Shown here one piece after another: positions 37,868 to 47,481 of a DNA stretch of 64,000 bases (its first letter is position 1; every line of letters starts with the position of its first letter). The notes under the pieces were generated by a model. The model was not told where the DNA came from. It made no database searches and saw only the letters and a list, made by a program, of their open reading frames with translations. The position numbers were made by a program, and so were the translations under genes. This DNA comes from Pelagomonas calceolata (lineage: Eukaryota). The DNA is taken from NCBI GenBank assembly GCA_918797485.1, contig CAKKNE010000003.1:2728001-2792000 (forward strand), given 5' to 3'.

Positions 37868-39434
37868 TTAGACATGCAGCTTGGCAGACAGCTTGCGCGC
37901 CAGCTTTACGTGAGCCGGTGTCGGCGCCCGGTGCCGGTGCCGCGTGCGCGCGTGCTCGAGGAACTCCTCCCGACTGATCGCATCATCATCATCCGTGTTG
38001 ATGGTCCGGAAGCGATCATATATAATATCGACGACGTCGTGCGAAGTCGCGCCGCTCAGCAGTAATTGGGACACGAGGAACTGCTCGCGCGTGAGGCTGT
38101 CGCCGGTGAGGTCGATGTGGCGGCCTGCGTGGAAATCAAACGATGCGTAGATGGCGCCTGAAATTTCCGCACGGGTCGCTACGGAGCGCCCCGACTGCGG
38201 CATCCCAGTCGCTCTCGCCGTACGAGCCCCACTCCTGGGCCCGCGCCTCCACTTCACAGTCCTCGCGGACGAACAAGCCCGCGAGCTCGCCGACGCCGGC
38301 TGCAAAGAGAGGCACTCCCACCAAACACCACACGCCCACGAAGGCGTACTGCCAGTCCTTCGACGCGAGCGGGATGCCCTGCAGCCCCGCCGTCGACAGC
38401 GACGACACCGCGAAGTAGATCGCGCGCGTCGGGGACCACCGCTCCTTCGCGATCGCATAGACGACGCCGACGCCCAGCCACACGAAGTTGGCCGCCAACA
38501 CCGACAGCTTCTGCCGGTGGATCCGCAGCCACAACTTGACGCGTTGAAACGCGTTCGCGCGGCCATGTCTACCTAATTTGGCGCGCCATACGACGCGCTT
38601 GAGTCGCAAAATCTTTTCCTTGTCCGGCAGCAGCGAGCCCTGCTGCGGCCGCCGCTTCGTCACGTGCGCTCGAATTTTCCCCCAGCGCAGCTGGGAGTCG
38701 GTCACTTTTGGGGCAGGTGCTTCCAACTCCTTGATCATCCTCTTTGCCAACCGCACGCGCTTGCGGAGCTTGTGCTGCTCGTGGCCCGCCGCCGCGAGGG
38801 ACCGTTCTAGCATGATCTCGTTGCGCCAGGCGTCCTTTTCTTCACCGACCTTCGTCGCGTAGTCGGCCAGAACGACACCTGCCAATCCAGCACCTAAACA
38901 AATGTTCAGGACCGTCGCCCACAAATTCAGCGCGCTCTTTTCCGTGAGCACGCCAAAGCCGATGGACAGGCCCGCCTGCACCGTCCAGTAAAACCCCTTG
39001 GCCCAGGACCCGTCAAACGCGGAATACGCGTAGAAGGCCGTGAAACCCAAAAGCCACAACACGAGGCCGACCCTCGAAAAAACATTCCGCAAGACCTTCA
39101 GTAATTCAAAGCGTCGACGGTCCTCGTCGTCATCACTATCGGACGACTCCGACTCCGACGACGTCGCGAGGCGGTCCAGGTGCTCGTTGGAGAAGTCTTC
39201 GTCTGCGACGAGGGCCTCGATTGTTTTTTCTTGGCTTAATGGTTCGCGGACGTCCTTAAGGGATTTGAGTAGAGAGAGCTTCGCCTTCTTGATGGGCGGC
39301 GGCGTCATCAGCGGCGTCTTCGGCGCCTCGGAGGCGGCGGCGGGTGGTGGTGGCGCCTCCGGGGCGGCGGCGGGTGGTGGTGGCGGCGGGCTGTCCTGCT
39401 CTTTGGTCTCGGGCCCAGACTCGGCGTTGCCCAT
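37868..39434 (-). CDS. Two-pore-domain (TPK-like) K+ channel with C-terminal EF-hand, 502 aa; exons 38183-39434, 37868-38124
   Basis: Pore loops FYWTVQAGLSIGFG and IYFAVSSLSTAGLQG; EF-hand RFRTINTDDDDAISREEF; N-terminal MGNAES. Confidence 0.8.
38125..38174 (-). mobile_element. Degenerate introner element IE-7 (intron 38125-38182, GT-AG, 58 nt)
   Basis: Ends CTGCGTGGAAATCAA and ATTTCCGCACGG; internal GGCGCCTGAAATTT shared with IE-4 and IE-6; TSD GTGGCGGC / GTCGCTAC (5/8); frame restored (ALR|RHIDL). Confidence 0.8.
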
Positions 39435-39820
39435 CGTGCGGAGGCAGCCCTTCAGCTGCGCGCACGTTCACCGCAGCCCCTGCGTGCACGCTCACCAAGG
39501 CAGTGTGGTCCTTGGGATGTGTCAGGCAGACGGCGTCTTCTGCAGTGGCTGCAGGTAGGTCACCGCGTAACGGGGCTGCGATACGCAACAGCCGGGCTGC
39601 GATGCAGCTGCGAGGGGCAGCAATTCAGCTCAAGCGCCGAACAAAATGCAATGCTAGTATGTTGCTACGCTAGGTCTCCCAAAAACACTGTTCTGGCGCC
39701 GCAGCGGTGCTCACTGCTCGCAATTCTGACATTAATTACTGCTGCACCCACCTTCAGTTAGATTCGCGGCACAAGAAGGCTGCCCAATGTTGCCAAGCGC
39801 AATCTAGGGCAGCCGCAAAA

Positions 39821-41650
39821 ATGCAGCAGCTCTGGCATCTGTGGCCGCATACCAAGCAATACCTCTACCTGTGCGTAGCAGCCGTGCTGGCGCTCTACCT
39901 GCACACGAGTGACGATGCGACAGCGTTGCGATGCGGCACGATAGTCGCTGTCAGCGTGCTACCCGCGTCGGCGCACGCGCCGGCCGCCGTCGTCGCGTCG
40001 ATGCTGCTGCCGCCGCTCGACGGTACGGCGGCGCTGCCGCCATATCTCCGCGTGCTGTTGTCGCGCGCTGGCCTCGCGGCGACGGCGGCGCTTCAGCTCG
40101 TGGCCCTCAGCTTGCTCAGCAATCGGCGGTGGCGCGCGTCGCTCGGCGGCGAGCGCTGGGCGCCGGCGCCGCGGTGGGTCGCGCATGCGGTTCTACTGAG
40201 CCGCTGGGCCAACGTCGTGGTCTTTGGCCTCTTCGCCGGCGCGCTGGGCGGCCACGCGGCGCGGCGGCGAAACGAGGACCGCGCCTTTCCCTATCTCGCG
40301 GGCCAATACTACGCCGCGCACCTCGCGTCGGCGCTCTGCGCGTCCGTCTTGGCGCTGCTGGACCGCCGCGCGCGCCACGCGTCCCTGGCCCTGCTCCTCG
40401 CGCCGTCGCGGTACGTGAACTGGGCGCTGCAGACGCGCGAGGCCGTCGCCGCGGGGCCGCACCCGTTTCCGCTATTCGCGTTGGCTGCCGCGTGCGAGGC
40501 GTTGCGTATTGCCTACGGCTACGCCTACGCCTTGCATGGCAAGGGGTGGCGTTTTCCAAACGCCGTACCGCTCGCGACGGCTTGCCTCGAAACGGCGGCG
40601 TTCCTGCGCGCCGCCCTCGCGTCCCGCCTGCTCTTCACGCGCTGGCTCCGGGCGCCGCAGTTGGTGCAGGGTGGTTGTTTTGCGCTCGAGGCGTTCTTGA
40701 CTTACCGACGGCACCGCTCGCGTGATGACGTGTGGATCAACAGGGGCGCTCGGGCAATCGTGGGCCGCGTCTACGCGCCGGATGATCAGGGAGAGAAGGT
40801 GGACGTCGACCTCGACACGGCGCCGGGAACGTGGCGGCGGCGCGAGGCCACATTCCGCATCGCCGACGGATTGGAGAGAGTCAAGATCCAGGGGGCCATG
40901 CGCGAGGTGTGTCGGGTCGACGGCACCTCGATCTTCGGGGTGGAGCGGTGCGTGGCGAAGGCCTACACGCGGGAGACGCGCGAGTGGCTGTGGAGCAATC
41001 AGGGCGTCGGCGACGGCGTGTATTTCCGCGACGTGCACGCGCACCGCGTGGCCGGGAAATACGCCGCAGACTTTAACGCCAAGGCCCCCGGAGTCAGGGT
41101 AGAAGTGGTCCCGGCTGTGGTGGTGGAGGTGCTCGAAGTCAAAGGCGACAATGAGGACGCGGAGTTCACGCTCGGCAGCGACCGGAAATATTTGCACGTC
41201 GAGCCCTACATCGAGGGCGCATTGGAGGAGTTCTCGAAATTCAACTCCAATACCTTCTTCGCCGAGCTGTTACTGTCGGACCGACACGCGGACCCCGTCG
41301 CCGAGGCCTACTCCCACTTCACCTGGGCCGCGTCGGCGGGTAAACTCGTGGTGAGCGACGTGCAGGGCGTGCGGAGTATGAATACATTACACGTCACGGA
41401 CCCGCAGATCCACACGTCCGGACCGTCGGACGCCTTCGGCGCGGGCAACGGCCAGAGCGAGGAGAATATTCGCGCGTTCTTCGCCTCGCACGAGTGCCGC
41501 GGCATCTGTTCAAAGCTGGGTCTTGCCCACCCCTTCCCCGACGACGTGAAAAAAGGTCTGGAAACAGTCTCCTCGGGGTTCTCGCTGCGGCCGTTCTTCA
41601 CGCGCCAGGACTACTTCCGGAGGGCCGCGGCGTCCTCGAAATTCAAGTAA
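39821..41650 (+). CDS. Alpha-type (eEF2K/MHCK-like) protein kinase with multi-TM N-terminus
   Basis: GAMREV, CVAKAY, VEPYIEG, FSKFNSN, EAYSHFT, LVVSDVQG, TDPQIH, FGAGN, FFASHECRGICSKLGL. Confidence 0.88.
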   Translation: MQQLWHLWPHTKQYLYLCVAAVLALYLHTSDDATALRCGTIVAVSVLPASAHAPAAVVASMLLPPLDGTAALPPYLRVLLSRAGLAATAALQLVALSLLSNRRWRASLGGERWAPAPRWVAHAVLLSRWANVVVFGLFAGALGGHAARRRNEDRAFPYLAGQYYAAHLASALCASVLALLDRRARHASLALLLAPSRYVNWALQTREAVAAGPHPFPLFALAAACEALRIAYGYAYALHGKGWRFPNAVPLATACLETAAFLRAALASRLLFTRWLRAPQLVQGGCFALEAFLTYRRHRSRDDVWINRGARAIVGRVYAPDDQGEKVDVDLDTAPGTWRRREATFRIADGLERVKIQGAMREVCRVDGTSIFGVERCVAKAYTRETREWLWSNQGVGDGVYFRDVHAHRVAGKYAADFNAKAPGVRVEVVPAVVVEVLEVKGDNEDAEFTLGSDRKYLHVEPYIEGALEEFSKFNSNTFFAELLLSDRHADPVAEAYSHFTWAASAGKLVVSDVQGVRSMNTLHVTDPQIHTSGPSDAFGAGNGQSEENIRAFFASHECRGICSKLGLAHPFPDDVKKGLETVSSGFSLRPFFTRQDYFRRAAASSKFK

Positions 41651-41655
41651 CATTA

Positions 41656-44451
41656 TTATTGAAACAGTTTTCTACCAACAACAAGCCTTCCTAATAACGG
41701 CGGGGCGAGCGCGTCCGCGCCCAAGAACTTGACAGGGAAAGCACACAAGTCGCCGCGGACGCCCCCGAGCGTGTTCGCAATTTCCCGCACAACTTTCTCC
41801 CGCGCCTCGCCTTCCAAGTTCGCGAGGCGCCTGGACACACACCCGAGGCCGACGGCCGACTTCGCGTCTTCGAGAGTAGCGACGTCGTCCAGGGGCCTTA
41901 AATCAAAACAAGCCTCGACGAGCGTCGCGTTCGTCTTCGCCGTCTCCACAACTTGATCAAAGCACGTTATGACATCTGTGACATCCAAGGACGACCGTGA
42001 TAAATGGGGCCGCGGCGAGTCTCGGATGCCGAGATGGGCCCGCCACAGCTTCACCCTCAGCTCTTTCACTTGAGGCCCGTCGACCACGACCGCGACCTCC
42101 GTATCCCTACCACCTCGCAACGAGCGATCGTTAATGTTGCAAGAACCGACGACACACGTCGCGTCGTCCACTATTAACAGTTTGGAATGAACATAAACCA
42201 TCTCGGAGCACGGGCCGTTTTGTAGAACGTCGTGCGTCCGCAGCGTCGCGAAGAAGACGAACCTATCTAGGTCGGTGGACGGAAACTCATTCCTAAGTTT
42301 ACCGAGGAACTCGGCGATGCAAGACCGCTGCTGTCTGAGAACGGCGCAGGCGGCAGGATCGTCTCCTTCCAGCAATCGACCCTTCGGCCGTAATGGCAGT
42401 AGAATAAGTGCCCGGAACGTCTCATCGCCACGAATGGCCCTCCGGAGTCGCTCCAATAAAGCTCGGCCAATGTTATTTTTGACGCCCTTCTCGAACGAGC
42501 CCTTCCTGGAGTCGATGCCATCTTTGATATCACCGATGCGCGAGCCCACCCTCTGCAGCAGGCCCTGTGACGACGGTTGTGTAGAGTCCACCGCCCGCAG
42601 TCGTCCGAACTCATCCACCACGGCCGTCATCGTCGTCGCGCCGTGCGGCACTTCTACCGTTTGACCGGGCTTCAGCGACGGCGGCGCCGCCACATTTAAT
42701 ACGGATGCGCCCTTGTAGTCGAGCTCTTCCTCTGAATCAGACTCGTCATCAAAGCTCGTGATGAAGTACTGCTGCTCGACGTAGACGAAATGTTTTGAGG
42801 AAGAAATAACATCGCTCCAGGCCTTCGCCGCGCTAGAATCCGTAGGCACCCCTAAAGACCAACCACCTGCTGACCGGACGACGCGGCACGACGCTATTGG
42901 ACCAGTTGCATCAATCAATTCGGCGCCCGGTCCTAAGCCTTTACGAGGCGTGTCCGTATAAGGCAATAACGCGGGCACCTTCTTCTTCAGCTCCCTCCGG
43001 TGGTGCTCCCAGCGCTGCGCGAAGTGGAGGAACACATCTAACGCGGCGCCGCCGTCCACAAGACATGCCACGTCGTGCCACGGCAGCCTCGGAGTTTGTG
43101 TCCGATCGATCTTCGTGTAATCCGCGGCACACGGCTGGTAGTACTCCCGCCCCACAAGTGTATCGTCCCGCAGTCTCCTCTCCAGGTCATCATACCTGCC
43201 TTCACACAGATCCAGCCCGCCGACAAATGCTCTGCATTGATCGACAACAACAACCTTCTCGTGGTGCGTCCAGAAGGCCTGGCGCGCCATCGGTCTTGGA
43301 TGCCGTAGTACCTCTACTCCAACTTTCTCTAAGATTTCCGCGCATTCTCCGCTTCGATGGCGCGGCTGCATCGTCGCGGACAATTCGCGATGTAATAAAA
43401 CGCAGACGCGCACGCCCCTCTTCACCGCGTTCCCTAGCACGTCCACGACACTTACGGTAGGATCTCGTTGCAGAGGCGTCTGCGGCTCGATGCGCCACCC
43501 GGCGACGCAGACAGTGGAAGTAGCTTGGTCAATGGCCTCTTTAACAGCCCCGAAATACTCCGCACCACTCACAAAAAACGCCGCGCGACTTTTAGATCGT
43601 TGCGGCGCGAAGGCGGATGTTCGTCGCCTACCGATGGTGCTTTCAATAGCGTCGGCCCACTCCCGCGCGATTCTATCGCGATCGCGGCCCTCGGTCCGTA
43701 GCTTTAAGTTACCAACACTCACGTCGCAGCCCTCCACTACTACTTTGTGCGACGAGCACTCTAATTCCACAAATCGCGCGGCATCTTTATCAGCGTCGCT
43801 CGCATCGTACACGGCCAGAAAGCGCGGCTTCGCCACGACCCATCTTCTTCTACCTTCAACTAAACACCAGCCCTCCTTTGCGGACGGGCCCAGCTCCTCG
43901 TCGAAGGTTGTTGTGGAGACGCCGAAGAGCTCCTTGACTGCTGAGAGCGCCCAGCACTTCTCCGACGCCACAACACGACTCAAGTACCTCGCTAGATGCC
44001 TACCACGCTCCTCGGCCTCGGCCTCGCCTCGACACGTGAGGCGCCATGTTTTGGGAGGCGGTGTTGGTAAAGGCACGTCGACTTTTGCACACGCCGCAAA
44101 AACTGAAGCGCAGTCCGAGTAGCGCAATTTCACGGTCCAGGCGTGGTCGGCGTGGCCGAGGTAGAAGGTGTACAAGGTTCGTGCTCCTACGCGCGTCGCA
44201 TCCCCCAACGTCAGCTTCACGCCCGTCTCGTTCTTCGGCGGCGGCGGCGGGAGCGTCTTCGTCCAGGCTTCGGCCAGCTCCGATGAAGACTGAGTTTCAA
44301 GCTCCGCGTCGCTGTCGTGGATTTTCGAGGAGAGGCTCGCCGGCGACGACCTTGCTGACAGCGTGTCGGCCCAGGCGTCGGCGAGCGAGGGCTCTTTCGT
44401 TTCGTCCTTCGTTTCGTCGGGCATACCGAAGGAGGTGCTCCTTGCTGCCAT
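41656..44451 (-). CDS. PX-PH phospholipase D (PLD1/PLD-zeta type)
   Basis: Two HKD motifs (HHEKVVVVD..AFVGGLDLC.GRYD; VHSKLLIVDD...VGSCNINDRS), PRLPWHD, YVEQQYF, N-terminal PX/PH-like region. Confidence 0.93.
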   Translation of the reverse strand: MAARSTSFGMPDETKDETKEPSLADAWADTLSARSSPASLSSKIHDSDAELETQSSSELAEAWTKTLPPPPPKNETGVKLTLGDATRVGARTLYTFYLGHADHAWTVKLRYSDCASVFAACAKVDVPLPTPPPKTWRLTCRGEAEAEERGRHLARYLSRVVASEKCWALSAVKELFGVSTTTFDEELGPSAKEGWCLVEGRRRWVVAKPRFLAVYDASDADKDAARFVELECSSHKVVVEGCDVSVGNLKLRTEGRDRDRIAREWADAIESTIGRRRTSAFAPQRSKSRAAFFVSGAEYFGAVKEAIDQATSTVCVAGWRIEPQTPLQRDPTVSVVDVLGNAVKRGVRVCVLLHRELSATMQPRHRSGECAEILEKVGVEVLRHPRPMARQAFWTHHEKVVVVDQCRAFVGGLDLCEGRYDDLERRLRDDTLVGREYYQPCAADYTKIDRTQTPRLPWHDVACLVDGGAALDVFLHFAQRWEHHRRELKKKVPALLPYTDTPRKGLGPGAELIDATGPIASCRVVRSAGGWSLGVPTDSSAAKAWSDVISSSKHFVYVEQQYFITSFDDESDSEEELDYKGASVLNVAAPPSLKPGQTVEVPHGATTMTAVVDEFGRLRAVDSTQPSSQGLLQRVGSRIGDIKDGIDSRKGSFEKGVKNNIGRALLERLRRAIRGDETFRALILLPLRPKGRLLEGDDPAACAVLRQQRSCIAEFLGKLRNEFPSTDLDRFVFFATLRTHDVLQNGPCSEMVYVHSKLLIVDDATCVVGSCNINDRSLRGGRDTEVAVVVDGPQVKELRVKLWRAHLGIRDSPRPHLSRSSLDVTDVITCFDQVVETAKTNATLVEACFDLRPLDDVATLEDAKSAVGLGCVSRRLANLEGEAREKVVREIANTLGGVRGDLCAFPVKFLGADALAPPLLGRLVVGRKLFQ

Positions 44452-44679
44452 CTTGTCAGCTCTCTGTCAGCCCTCCGCAGCACGTCAAAGTTGGACCACG
44501 AGATCACCCACGTACCAAAGCCCTCGAAAACAAACACTGAGCTGTCAGAGCGAACTCTATAGCACCCGGTGCGTTGTGAAGCTTGCGACGGCTAGCGTAT
44601 AATAGGCACACTAGCATTTGAAAAGCGCTTTTACTCGCACGAATCGGCTGCCCCAAACACACTGCTTTGAAACAAAGAC

Positions 44680-45384
44680 ATGCGGCGGCTGCCCCTCCTC
44701 TCCCTGGCAGCCACCGCCGAGGCGGCCTGCTCCGTAGCCGGCCGGTCGAACCCCAAGCTCCGACGAGGCGACGAGACCTACCTCTGCGTCGTGCTCTCGT
44801 CGTCCTTAGACTGGGCGGAGGACACGAAATACGTGCGACTGGGCTTCCGGGCCGAGGTCGACACGTTCGCGCGGTTGGAGGTCCGGGGCGCGTGGGCGCC
44901 CCTTACTTCACAGCTTGGTGCCCACCACGCGCTCAATTCCACGAGCATCGGCCTCTCGTTACAATCCGAGGGGAAGCGGAGCTACCAAAGGCGGTGGCGG
45001 GATTTGCATAGAGGATCGCCGTCGACCTTTCCGGTGTTATATGCTCAGGTGGTACTAGATCGAGGCGAAGTGGCCGCGGTCGCCTGGGACGCGGGCTGCT
45101 TCGACTGCGAGGAGGAGGACGCCGCCTGCACGGCGAACGAGTTCGAGTATGATGGTTCAATGGCCAAGGACGCCGCCGAGCAGTGCTCCGTGGCCGACGA
45201 CAAATGCGGGAAAGGAGAGGGGCAAGTTTCCGAGTTATGTAGGTTGGCGGTCTACGTGTCCTGGACGGGGACGGACAAGGACGGTCGCAATCTTCTTTCG
45301 CAACAGAACCGCCTGTCGCGTTTGGAAAGATCCCAGGCCGTGTCCCTCGTGTCGAGTCTGGGCAAGGAGGCGGTCGACTTGTAA
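44680..45384 (+). CDS. Secreted Cys-rich hypothetical protein
   Basis: Signal peptide MRRLPLLSLAATAEA; WDAGCFDC...YVSWTGTDKDG. Confidence 0.7.
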   Translation: MRRLPLLSLAATAEAACSVAGRSNPKLRRGDETYLCVVLSSSLDWAEDTKYVRLGFRAEVDTFARLEVRGAWAPLTSQLGAHHALNSTSIGLSLQSEGKRSYQRRWRDLHRGSPSTFPVLYAQVVLDRGEVAAVAWDAGCFDCEEEDAACTANEFEYDGSMAKDAAEQCSVADDKCGKGEGQVSELCRLAVYVSWTGTDKDGRNLLSQQNRLSRLERSQAVSLVSSLGKEAVDL

Positions 45385-45399
45385 TATTGTGTCACAACA

Positions 45400-46929
45400 T
45401 TAAACTGGCGGGGGTTTCTTTTCGGGCGAGTGGCGGACCCACTCCTGCTCCACCACGCCGAGCATGTCCGGCACCTGCGCGCGCCGCGCGAAGCCTAGAA
45501 TCGTCTCCCAGGGCTCGCCCGCCACCGACGCGCCGCGGCGTTGAGCTGTTCGCGTGTCGCGCGCCGCCAGGAGCCCGAGCACCAGGGGAAACGCGCGCGG
45601 CGGCTCGCCCGCTTCCTCCTTCCTCCCGTCCGCGCGGCCGCGCCACAGCGCCGCCGCGCGTGCTCTATATAATACGCCGTCGTCCGTCGCGCATAACGCG
45701 ATCGTGAACGCGTAGACGGCCGCGGCGTGCTTGTCCAGCGCGTACGCGGCCTCGCCGCGCGCGGCCCAGACGTCGGCATTTGACAACGAGGGCCGCCAGC
45801 CGCGCCCGACGTCCGCGCAGAGTTGGAGAGCTGCGTCCCAGGGCTGCAGCGATGAGGGCGGATCGCCGCGCGCGTCGGCCTCGTCGTCCGACCTTAATTC
45901 GTCGTCGCGGAGGCGGCCCCGACAAAGGAGGACGGGCTCGCACTCTTGCAGCGGGTGGAAGACGGCGCCGGCGCGGCCGCTCTTTATACATCGCGCGACC
46001 CAGCCCTCGCTGCGTTCTATGATCGCGTCCGCTTGTAAAACCTCGTCGAGCCAGGGGCCTCGCCGTCGGAGCCAGACGCGCTCCACTTTGCCCCGGATGT
46101 GGCCTTCGTGGACCTCCTGGAGGGCCGGCGCTTCCCAGAGTGATGTGAAGGTCTGAGCGTGAAGGTCGTCTCCATCAAAACGGGCGAGGTCGCTCGACGG
46201 AGCATATCCTCTCAGTCCGGGGAACTCCTGCGATACTACAGAGCAGGTCGAGCCGTCGTCTTCTTTCACGTCCACGAGGGCCCCTCTCTGCAAATGCTTG
46301 AGGTGCACCTTCCTGACATCTCGCACGGACATAGTATCAGCGACGACGACGCAGAGGCCCTCGAGCTTGGTTTCCAAAAAGCCGCGCTTGAAGTCGCCAC
46401 TCAAATCCGCGCCGCAGGCGAGGCAGCGGCCCTCTCTGGTTTTATAGACGTAGACCGCGCAGCCGGGGCAGGCGCGCGGTTCCGGCTTTTTCTTTGGTTT
46501 TGGCGGCTTGGGATCCTCGGCCTTCGGCGCGAACGCCGCGAGCGACGCGACGGCGGCGGCGAGGGCGTCTTCCGTTGACGCCGCGGTCTCGATACGCGGC
46601 TCGGCCGGGGCCTTGGGTGTTTTTGGCGGCGCGGGCACGGGTGCTGGCGCCATTGGCTCGGCTTGGCGCGGCGGCGGCGGCGCGGGCGCGGCCGGCGCGG
46701 GCGCTGGCGCGTCGTCGCACGGCACCGCCTCGACGCGGCCGACGCCCGACGCCGCGAGCGCGCCGACAGTCAGGGACTCATCGAGGGCGCGCGCATTGGC
46801 GAAGAGTGATACGAGCGAGCACCCGAGGCGCTTCGCGATGGATCTGGCCACGGACCGGAGCGGCTTGTCGCCGCGGGCCGTCACGCGGAACTCCCGCCGG
46901 TCGCAGCCGACGCGCAGCGTGTGCGCCAT
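45400..46929 (-). CDS. Hypothetical protein: ubiquitin-like N-terminus, Zn-ribbon (CPGC/CLAC), TPR-like C-terminus
   Basis: 509-aa ORF; WAARGEAAYAL...AVYAFTIAL...LYRARAAA is TPR-like. Confidence 0.6.
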   Translation of the reverse strand: MAHTLRVGCDRREFRVTARGDKPLRSVARSIAKRLGCSLVSLFANARALDESLTVGALAASGVGRVEAVPCDDAPAPAPAAPAPPPPRQAEPMAPAPVPAPPKTPKAPAEPRIETAASTEDALAAAVASLAAFAPKAEDPKPPKPKKKPEPRACPGCAVYVYKTREGRCLACGADLSGDFKRGFLETKLEGLCVVVADTMSVRDVRKVHLKHLQRGALVDVKEDDGSTCSVVSQEFPGLRGYAPSSDLARFDGDDLHAQTFTSLWEAPALQEVHEGHIRGKVERVWLRRRGPWLDEVLQADAIIERSEGWVARCIKSGRAGAVFHPLQECEPVLLCRGRLRDDELRSDDEADARGDPPSSLQPWDAALQLCADVGRGWRPSLSNADVWAARGEAAYALDKHAAAVYAFTIALCATDDGVLYRARAAALWRGRADGRKEEAGEPPRAFPLVLGLLAARDTRTAQRRGASVAGEPWETILGFARRAQVPDMLGVVEQEWVRHSPEKKPPPV

Positions 46930-47481
46930 CACGCCATGCCTGCGTGTTTTTTTGTTATGTGTGTCTACAACGATGCGTTTCGCTCGTTGTGTCCAGGACG
47001 CGCCTCAGTCGAGTCGTCAATGTCGTCTGTCAAGGGGTTCAGTGGGCCCGCTTCAGAAAAGATTAAGCTATTTTTTTTCGGTCATCGTCGGCGCTCAGCG
47101 TTTTTGATGTTACTTGGACGCTGGCTGGTACCGCTCTGCGTGCAGTGATGCTACGACTGTGTGCGCAGCGCGCAGCGTGCAACAGCACGACTGCAGCGAT
47201 GGAAACAATAGGTAATTGATGCAAATGCGTGGTCAGAGCTCCCTGCGCAGCCTTGATTGCCTTTTTGCTTGTCTTGCTAGTGTGTTTATATGCCGCTAGC
47301 TCGATCCGCGCGCGGCGCTCGTGCCAAGACGAGCTCGAGGAGCCAGACAAGACGCGCGGAGACGCGCCACTACATTGCTTTGCAGCCCTGCGCCGGCGAC
47401 GCCAGCCGCCGAGGCCGACACATCGCAGTAGAGACACCACAGGAGAGAGGCTAGCCAACAGCTGCGCGCGCCGAGAGACGG

